Shown here: positions 57,601 to 64,000 of the stretch, piece by piece
How the letters are laid out: each line of letters begins with the position of its first letter
Position numbering within the stretch: the first letter of the stretch is position 1
NCBI RefSeq assembly: GCF_004010195.1
Contig: NC_057731.1
Location: forward strand, 33,826,225 to 33,890,224
Direction: 5' to 3'
Length of the DNA stretch: 64,000 nt
Source: Chiloscyllium plagiosum
Lineage: Eukaryota
Notes under the pieces: model-generated
Database searches by the model: none
Told to the model about the DNA's origin: nothing
Seen by the model: the letters and a program-made list of their open reading frames with translations, nothing else
Program-made: the position numbers and the translations under genes

Positions 57601-60600
57601 GCTTGGAACTGTGTTCAACATGAAATCAGCATCCCTTTATTTTCCATCCAGCTCATAAGCAACCAAATGTAATCAGTACAAAGCAATATGCTGCATTTCA
57701 ATCTTTGCTGTTTAAAAGTTGTGCCACAATTACAGGTAAACATAGATATGAACATGAACTGATGAATCTGTCAAATCTTTGATGATCCAATTGCTTTCCC
57801 TAGCTGGATTTTGTTTATTATTTTTGCATTCATGGATTACCTTTCCCATTCAAATGCAGAATCCCCTGGAAGAAACCAAACCAAAGCAGGCATGGAGAGA
57901 AAATTGACATTGGACATAGAAAACTGGTTAAAGGAAAAGTTTAGAGAGGGTTTCAAGAGTATGCTGACTGATTTTTATTACTATGACCAAGACAACTCCG
58001 GAAAGGTAACTTGGTGTTCCTAGGACCTACATTGACATTAAATGTTGATGAAACTGCACAGATTGCTCAAAGTTCCATTCTAGTCTCAAGTGATTTTTAA
58101 CTTCTGTTTGTGTTTCTCTGTACCAGTCAAGACGAATTATGTGCGTCAGTATGGGGAAGGAGGAGCTTAAAATGCCTCAATATTGCAGTGTGCAAAACAA
58201 ATTAGCTTTTGTCCTATTCAGTTTTTTGGGGAATGTGCCAGTAGGTTAGATGGCCAATTTTCAAGTGACATTTGGAACGTACTGTAGGCTTAACAGAGTA
58301 ACTTCATAGAGTTATATAGTGGAGACAATTAAGGGACACTGTCTTCGTAATAGTGTTTGGTAAACATTTCATATTTGCTTGAAAGCATAAAAGCATGTAT
58401 GGCACTCATTGTTGGATGATTTATATGAGATATGCTTTTTATGAAAACGGTACACTTTTTCTGCTATTTAAAGAAAATCCAATTTTGAAAAGGGAATATT
58501 TATTTTGCCAAATTAAGGGATTGAGTGACACAATGGAAACTGGGCAGGAATCCAGCTGAGACTAAAAGGATACAGTTCTAACAGTAAATAATTCCACGGA
58601 GCCTTGACTCTGTTCCCAGTATAATTAATCCACAATGTAAATACTCTTCCAGATATTAAACACTAATTTACTGATTCAGCTTTGACAGGCCACAATGTCA
58701 ATGAGTCTGGTGAGTGGAGAGGTGCTGATGATATAATGGTGCTGTTAGTCTTCTTTGCAGGAATTTGAGGTAAGGGTGCATGTCAGCACACTGGAGAGAA
58801 ACATCTGTTAACTGAATGACCCATTATCCAGTCTATTGTAGAAAGATGGAGGTTGTCAATAGCATTGTTCTCAGTAACATTAGAAAAGCAGAGTATAAAG
58901 CTTTTTTTTTAAAATGAGCTACATCAAAACAATGGCCCCTTTAGAATTAAGTACCAGAATAAAAGTTATGTCTAAAAGCTAAGGGGTCTTTTAACTTAAC
59001 CCTTCAAATGGAAAATGAGTAGGACATGGTCAGGTGCCCATTTTACACTCTACCTGATTTGACTTTTCACTATAGTCAGCTGGTAACAGTTTAACATACA
59101 CAGCCAATAACAAATAAAATGAGAAATAGGGCAGGATGAAGCAATATTAACACAACGATAAATAATTTATTACAGGATAAATGTTGATAACTGGTTTTAG
59201 GTATTAATATGTTATCAGTCACCTTGTTAAGCGCTTTCATTAAAATTTACTTTGTGCTAGAGTGTCAATGCATAAATTGGGGAAACCACTTCTAGGAATT
59301 TTCTTTTCACATGAAGGTATCCAGAGACAACTTCCTATGTGTCTTGAAAAAATACAATCTTCGGCTGCAGGATGTCCAACTAAATACTTTCCTTGTGCGT
59401 TGTGGACTTCAAGAAGATGCAGCAACTATAAACTACATGGAGTTCCTTCACAATTTTCAAGATAGAAGTGGAAACGGAATACCTCACCGAATTATAACTG
59501 ATGAAAATCACAGGTGACAATGTAGTCAGGCAATAGGTATTTTCATTTGGAATTGTTTCTTTGTTTCATGCCTGCAATAGAAAACTGGTCCTACAGAATA
59601 TGTCTTGACTGCAGAAATAATGCAGTGTACATATGCTGTGAAATAATTTCAAGATGAATTCTGTTTATAGTGTTTATAATCATTCTTCATTGTCCAATGC
59701 AGATTTAACAAACTCAGAAGCTTTGGTTCTCAATCCTCAGTCACTGCTTTGGAGGCAAAGCTAATGGAACTGTTACACAATGAATTCCTTTCCCTTTTAG
59801 GAAGTTTTCAGTAAGTGATATAATTAATTTTATGCATTTGATGACCATCGCAAACTTATAACAAAGAAAAAAAACATGTGCCTAGAACAGCAATTGATAA
59901 CTTTCAGAGTACAATTAATGTTTTTACACAGATATTCTGTGTGGCTGGTACCCCTTAAGTGAGACTTTACTGCCCCACAAGGTGCTGAGCAAAATGTGCC
60001 GGCCAAAGGTATGGGAGGAGGGTGCACACCAGGACATCTCTATGCAGTGCTGTCCCTCGGGATGTCACCAATAGTGGAGATAGCAGCTTCTCAACTCCTG
60101 GAGATTGGAGGTTGACAAACAATTTAACTAATTAAAGATCCAGCCAGGGGCCATTAATAGCAGACTGACTCCTTGCTACATGGACAGTCCATGTTCTGCA
60201 TAGAGCTGGCCTGCCTGCAGTCTCTTGTGCGATAGTGGTTTGGGGGTGGAGGGAACGCCATCAGATGCAAAGACAACAATGTCTCAACAAGAGAACCCAC
60301 TGGGGCCAAGGATAACTTTAGTGGAATGCTTTCCTCAATAAAAGCTGAGACCTGCCTGTTTGAATAATGAAGTATTTTCCTCTTCTGTGAGGGAACTGTA
60401 AAATGGACGCATGCTCTCATTTTCCTTGCAGCCTTTCCAAGGGGCACTTCTCTCAATGGCAGTACAGAGCAGTTGGCCCTCTGCATTGGAGGGGGTTGGT
60501 ATAAAATTTCAACCAACAAATGGAACCCCTAACAACACATCTTGCCATCAATAATGAACTGAAATGTCAGCCTAGATTCTGGTTCAACAACAGAGGGATC

Positions 60601-61722
60601 ATGAGGTGCTTTTCCATAGATCCCCAAATGTAGCTGGGCAGGTTAAAGGGTGGTTAAGAAGGGGTGTGTCATACTTGCCTTTATCAATTGTGGCATAGAT
60701 TATAAGAGTAGGGAGGTTATGTTTGAGTTGTACGATCTTTATTTAGACAACAGCTGGAGTACAGTGAGCAGTTCTGGTCACCACATTATAGGAAGGTTGT
60801 GACTGCACTGGAGAGGATTGGCATGGAACATTTCAGCTGTGGAGAGAAGCTAGATAAGCTTGAGTTGTTTTCTTTAGAGCAGGAAAGATTGAGTGGGGAC
60901 CTGATAGAAGTGTATAAGATTATAAAGGGCATGGACATGGGAAACAGAAAGCAGCTATTCCCCTTAGTTGCAGGGTTAATAACAAGGGGGGGGGGGCATA
61001 ATTTTAACATGAAAAGCAGGAGGTTTAGTGGGGATTTGAGGAATTTTATTTTCACTGAGTGGACACTGGGGTTCTGTAATGCACTGCCAGGATAGTTGAG
61101 ACGAGAAGCCTCAGAACTTTTAAAAAGTACTTAAAGTGCCATAACATTCAAGGCTATGGGCCTGGTGCAGGAAGTGGAACTAGTGGAAGTAGTTATATAT
61201 TTCTGGTGTTACAGACTTGATGGGCTGACAAGCTTCTTTTGTACTGTATGATTCTAAGAACCTACAATTGTAGAGTGCATTTAGCTCAGCAAACTGATCC
61301 AAAGCACTTAACCATAACAGTAGCAATAAACACTTTTTTTGACATTCTTGGCATTAAGTCATAGAAGGAGAAATAAGAAATTCTGACCAAGAGCTTGATT
61401 AAAGAGGTAGACTTGGAGGTACATTCTGATGGAGGGCAGTGGTAAAAATATGGAGAGAATGGAAGATGGGAGACCCTGCCAGGAGAAAATTGGATTTGTC
61501 CAGTCTGGAGACACCAAAGGTGTGAATGGAGGTTGTTATTAGCAGAGGAGTTGATGGAAGATGAGTGGCGAAGTAGGGTGACATCACAAAACCGCACAAT
61601 GTCACATACTTTTCAAGTGCTTACACATCAAACTGATACAACCTCTTGTTTTACAGTAAAATTGACAAGCAGAAACGAGATGTAATCAGCCAACAAGCCT
61701 TCTGGACAATTTTAAAAAACAG
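36337..61722 (+). CDS. Multi-EF-hand protein, EFCAB6-like; first 11 coding exons (~490-517 codons), 3' incomplete
   Basis: Join 36337-36643,37401-37495,41157-41257,47172-47249,48663-48836,51420-51548,55990-56141(or 56060),57860-58005,59317-59513,59703-59810,61657-61722. All are GT-AG with an unbroken frame. Degenerate EF-hand loops recur (FQAHDPTGRGHVTRE, RYDPDDLGIVK, FYYYDQDNSGKVSRD, INYMEFL, FHKIDKQKRDVISQQAF). The EFCAB6 family assignment is by recognition, not by search. Confidence 0.85.
37118..37334 (+). mobile_element. CR1-clade LINE 3' UTR fragment
   Basis: ggaatgaactgccagaggaagtgg...ctctatgactctatgactct. Confidence 0.85.
37401..37495 (+). CDS. EFCAB6-like exon 2 (KRWASDPRLVDHDVETIITRPGTQMRLQIDE)
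   Basis: attag acceptor and GAG|gtaaga donor; phase 1 to 0. Confidence 0.8.
38214..38418. mobile_element. Palindromic PLE-derived mini-element
   Basis: Same repeat family; ~15-bp TSD TTTTTTCTTAATCAG. Confidence 0.8.
39202..40492 (+). mobile_element. 5'-truncated Penelope-like element (RT fragment + terminal repeat), interrupted by an assembly gap
   Basis: KGVAMGTRMGPSYACLFVGYVE...LFLRYINDCIG...LPFLDL...IYYKPTDSHSYL...IPYSQF is a PLE RT. The 3' end is the same repeat as the mini-elements, with a hammerhead motif at 40364-40399. ctataataa is duplicated on both sides. Confidence 0.9.
39664..40284. other. Assembly gap (N run)
   Basis: ~620 consecutive N. Confidence 0.99.
41157..41257 (+). CDS. 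EFCAB6-like exon 3 (LQYLLHEKLRSGGFYILKQLFQAHDPTGRGHVTR)
   Basis: ttccag acceptor and AG|gtgaag donor; phase 0 to 2; EF-hand-like loop. Confidence 0.87.
41922..42021 (+). mobile_element. Single-arm PLE terminal-repeat fragment
   Basis: Decayed copy of the repeat; 15-bp TSD ACAACAGAAAATGGG (41907-41921 and 42022-42036). Confidence 0.75.
45150..45240 (-). mobile_element. Short tRNA-derived SINE fragment
   Basis: Minus-strand A-box-like TGCAGTGG and B box GGTTCAAGTCC, but no full cloverleaf. Confidence 0.55.
45951..46735 (-). mobile_element. CR1-clade LINE 3' fragment
   Basis: ORF 46268-46678(-) LYRTLVRPLLEYC...RGDLVEVYK; tail agagtcatagagtcatagag. Confidence 0.92.
46025..46092. repeat. 4x perfect 16-bp tandem repeat CCCAACCCAATCTAGT
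   Basis: Units start at 46025, 46041, 46057 and 46073, inside a CR1 3' UTR. Confidence 0.95.
47172..47249 (+). CDS. EFCAB6-like exon 4 (EVLLTILTRFLRRYIAARQFYHLLLR)
   Basis: cttcag acceptor and AG|gtatgt donor; phase 2 to 2. Confidence 0.85.
48298..48497. mobile_element. Palindromic mini-element of a different PLE-type family (related copy at ~33735-33880)
   Basis: Inverted arms gttaaaaatcacac(g/a)acaccaggttatagtccaacaggttta; decayed hammerhead-like centre. Confidence 0.7.
48663..48836 (+). CDS. EFCAB6-like exon 5 (LKLNAKSIITFENFYSHFKEQEPKGYPAWMDPV...LKAMVRER)
   Basis: tacag acceptor and AG|gtaata donor; 174 nt; phase 2 to 2. Confidence 0.87.
49260..50330 (-). mobile_element. Old LINE (L2/CR1-type) RT and 3' fragment
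   Basis: Minus-strand SGVPQGSV-type motif at ~50125-50150 and the same 3' region as 16890-17360. Confidence 0.65.
50957..51295. mobile_element. Palindromic PLE-derived mini-element carrying a captured 124-bp spacer
   Basis: Inverted arms; TSD ATATTTGTAATGG(G); the spacer 51077-51200 is the reverse complement of 52398-52521. Confidence 0.88.
51420..51548 (+). CDS. EFCAB6-like exon 6 (PLELRDLFIKVDNGRMLPVTFQNVLHQLGIEMEQEEFIKLLER)
   Basis: tttccag acceptor and AG|gtacta donor; 129 nt; phase 2 to 2. Confidence 0.87.
52159..52383. mobile_element. Palindromic PLE-derived mini-element
   Basis: Near-identical to the 13579 copy in the opposite orientation; 14-bp TSD GGAGATGTACAGGT (52145-52158 and 52384-52397). 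Confidence 0.88.
53385..53580 (+). mobile_element. Harbinger-type Myb/SANT ORF remnant (similar remnants at ~22290-22410 + and ~34745-34900 -)
   Basis: PSFSDVALETMVQEIIIRREIL...VNA...RCHKTFN. The other copies give GKKVNDLL and GKNINELLHSTR. Confidence 0.55.
54434..54635. mobile_element. Palindromic PLE-derived mini-element nested in an old CR1 fragment
   Basis: Inverted arms; TSD CCATAGCCTT. Confidence 0.78.
55990..56141 (+). CDS. EFCAB6-like exon 7 (YDPDDLGIVKAGSLMRALGFQTT[GENRAGW...EDQP])
   Basis: tttccag acceptor; two phase-1 donors (CAG|gtgaga 56061 and CAA|gtatgt 56142). Confidence 0.8.
56571..57439 (+). mobile_element. CR1-clade LINE 3' fragment
   Basis: QWAEECQMEFNLDKCKVLHFG...RDLGV...RLRGDL. 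Confidence 0.92.
57860..58005 (+). CDS. EFCAB6-like exon 8 (SPGRNQTKAGMERKLTLDIENWLKEKFREGFKSMLTDFYYYDQDNSGK)
   Basis: tgcag acceptor and AAG|gtaact donor; phase 1 to 0; EF-hand loop DQDNSGK. Confidence 0.88.
59317..59513 (+). CDS. EFCAB6-like exon 9 (VSRDNFLCVLKKYNL...INYMEFLHNFQDRSGNGIPHRIITDENHR)
   Basis: Polypyrimidine tract with an aag acceptor; AG|gtgaca donor; phase 0 to 2. Confidence 0.87.
59703..59810 (+). CDS. EFCAB6-like exon 10 (FNKLRSFGSQSSVTALEAKLMELLHNEFLSLLGSF)
   Basis: tgcag acceptor and CA|gtaagt donor; phase 2 to 2. Confidence 0.87.
60590..61255 (+). mobile_element. Older CR1-clade LINE fragment
   Basis: LFSLEQERLSGDLIEVYKIIKG. Confidence 0.78.
61657..61722 (+). CDS. EFCAB6-like exon 11 (KIDKQKRDVISQQAFWTILKNR)
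   Basis: tttacag acceptor and AG|gtatat donor; phase 2 to 2; EF-hand-like. Confidence 0.83.
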
Positions 61723-62288
61723 GTATATTTTTAAAACTTTTCTTATGGATGATTTACGGTTTTTATAAGATTATAGACAGTACAGTAAAGTATTTGCAAT
61801 ATTAGGTTGCTAAGAACATAAACAATAATTTTGTTTACAGCAAACTTTGTGCAAAGTGATCTGCGCATGCAATGTGCCTGCCCAGTGTCATTATTAACGG
61901 GGATGGGGCAATCAGGTGGGTGACTAACTCAGTCTCTGAGCAGATTGCTCATTTAAATATTTTAACAAAGTTTATGCCTCAGACTTTATTCTCTGTTCCA
62001 GCTTTAATTTCCAGTTGCCTGAGGAGCGAATGCAGAGGGCACAGAGGGACTTTTGGAAATAGATCATGGGCATGAAGGACTTTGAGAGGACATTGGAATC
62101 TTGGAGGCATGGGGTTGTTTGAACACAGGCCTGAGTGAACTACACTCAAACAACCTCTTAATATTGTTATCTGCAGCCAGGAAATTATCATCAGTTTCTG
62201 CCATTAGATTTAGCAAAACCTGACAAGAACCCACATCTCCAGGTTTTGTATTTGCAGATCTGTGACACCCTGTAAATATCCTGATCAT

Positions 62289-63215
62289 TCATAGAGTCAT
62301 AGAGATAAACAGTACAAAAACTGACCTTTTGGTCCAACTCGTCCATGCCAACCAGATATCCCATCCTAATCTAGTCCCACCTGCCAGCACCCGGCCCTCA
62401 TCCCTCCAAACCCTTCCTATTCAAAGACCCATCCAGATACCTTTTAAATGTTGCAATTGTACCAGCCTCCACCACTTCCCCAAGCAGGTCATTCCACATA
62501 TGCACCACCCTCTGCGTGAAAAATGTTGCCCCTTAGGTCCCTTTCATATCTTTTCCCTCTCACCCTAATCCTATGCCCTCTAGTTCTGGACTCCCTCACC
62601 CCATGGAAAAGACTTTGCCTATTTATCCTATCCATGCCACTCATGATTTTATAAACCTCCATGAGGTCACCCCTCAGCTTTCGACGCTTCAGGGAAAACA
62701 GCCCCAGCTTGTTCAGCCTCTCCCTAGAGCTCCAATTGTCCAACCCTGTCAACATCCTTGTAAGTCTTTTCTGAATCCTTTCAAGTTTCACAACATCCTT
62801 CCGATAGGAAGGAGACCAGAATTGCATGCAACATTCCAAAAGTGGCCTATCCAAAGTCCTGTATAGCCACAACATGACCTCCCATGATCTCCCACTCAAT
62901 GCTCGGACCAATAAAGGAAAACATTCCAGATGCCTTCTTCACTATCCTATCTACCTGCAACTCTACTTTCAAGGAGCTACAAACCTGCACTCCAAGGTTC
63001 AGCAACGCTCCCTAGGACCTTACCATTAAGTGTATAAGTCCTGCTCTGATTTGCTTTCCCAAAATACAGCACCTTGCATTTATCTAAATTAAACTCCATC
63101 TGCCACTCCTCAGCCCATTGGCCCATCTGATCAAGGTCCTATTGTAATGTGAGGTAACCTTCTTCACTGTCCACTACACTTTGGTGTCATCTGCAAACTT
63201 ACTAACTATACCTCC
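62289..63215 (-). mobile_element. CR1-clade LINE 3' fragment
   Basis: ORF 62489-62911(-) QFWSPSYRKD...RGDLMEVYK; tail at 62289. Confidence 0.9.
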
Positions 63216-63280
63216 TGTGAATTATCTCAAAGCAATTTATAATGTTCTTAAACCTGTGGTATAAAATATTATCGTTAATT

Positions 63281-63658
63281 GAGGGGTGACCTTATAGAGG
63301 TTTATAAAATCATGAGAGGCATGGATAGAGTGACAAGATCTTTTTCCTGGGGTGGGGGAGTCCAGAACCAGAGGCTATGGGTTTAAGGTGAGGGGGAAAG
63401 ATTTGAAAGGGCGTTAAGGGACAGCTTTTTCACACACAGGGTGGTGCATGTATGGAATAAGTTGCCAGTGGAAGTGGTGGAGCCTGGTACAATTACAACA
63501 TTTAAAAGGCATCTGGATAGGTATATGAATAGGCAGGATTTAGAGGGATATGGACCAAATGCTGGCAAATGGGACTAGATTTATCTAGGACATCTGATTG
63601 TCATGGACGAGTTGAACTGAAGGGTCTGTTTCTGTACTGTACGTAACCATGACTCTAT
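63281..63658 (+). mobile_element. CR1-clade LINE 3' fragment
   Basis: gaggggtgaccttatagaggtttataaaatcatg...atgactctat. Confidence 0.88.
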
Positions 63659-64000
63659 AACTCTTTCATTGTAGTCTCACGCAGAGTCCACAGAAAAAGC
63701 AATGTAGATACAAATGGATCACTGAAGAACTTTTGCCAATACATTTTTTTTTGAGAAGGAAAGACAGATGTTATTGTATTGGTACAACTAGCTAACCTAT
63801 AGACACCTGAGAGTGTACTGCTTAAAAAGTTAAATCTAATGTGTGTTGCAACCTTTTTACACAGGAGTTTGAGCCATTAATGAGATACATTGTTACACTA
63901 GTTTGCAAGAAAGAAAAGAACAATAAAGAAGCTTTAGTATATGTGAATAATAATCATTGTTGTGTTAAATATACTACAGGATATTTCAAAATTACACACC

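Noticed and set aside
63865-64000. Candidate exon 12 of the EF-hand gene after tttttacacag
   Set aside because: The required phase-2 frame hits TAA after a few codons, and the open frame is the wrong phase. The next exon probably lies beyond the window.

Overview
Eukaryotic, repeat-rich genomic DNA. The HE1/V-SINEs, HER1/CR1 LINEs and Penelope-like elements point to a cartilaginous fish, probably a shark (inference). Two spliced genes lie on the + strand. The first is a complete 7-exon mitochondrial peroxiredoxin, PRDX3 (4266-14679), with an ETS/CRE/CCAAT/YY1 promoter directly downstream of a ~67-bp tandem satellite. The second is the first 11 coding exons of a large multi-EF-hand, EFCAB6-like gene (36337 to >61722, continuing past the window) with RFX X-box motifs upstream. 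The rest is mostly CR1/L2 LINE fragments, SINEs, and Gypsy and Harbinger remnants, plus many Penelope-like element (PLE) copies. The most notable signal is in the PLE terminal repeats, which carry minimal hammerhead-ribozyme motifs (CUGANGA-stem II-GAAA-palindrome) with stem II covariation. These repeats often occur as ~200-bp palindromic mini-elements with ~10-16 bp target-site duplications. Three of them inserted at the same position of the satellite monomer, and one captured an inverted 124-bp copy of DNA 1.2 kb away so that the pair brackets an in-frame exon. There is one assembly gap (~39664-40284). All calls are by eye; no database searches were run.
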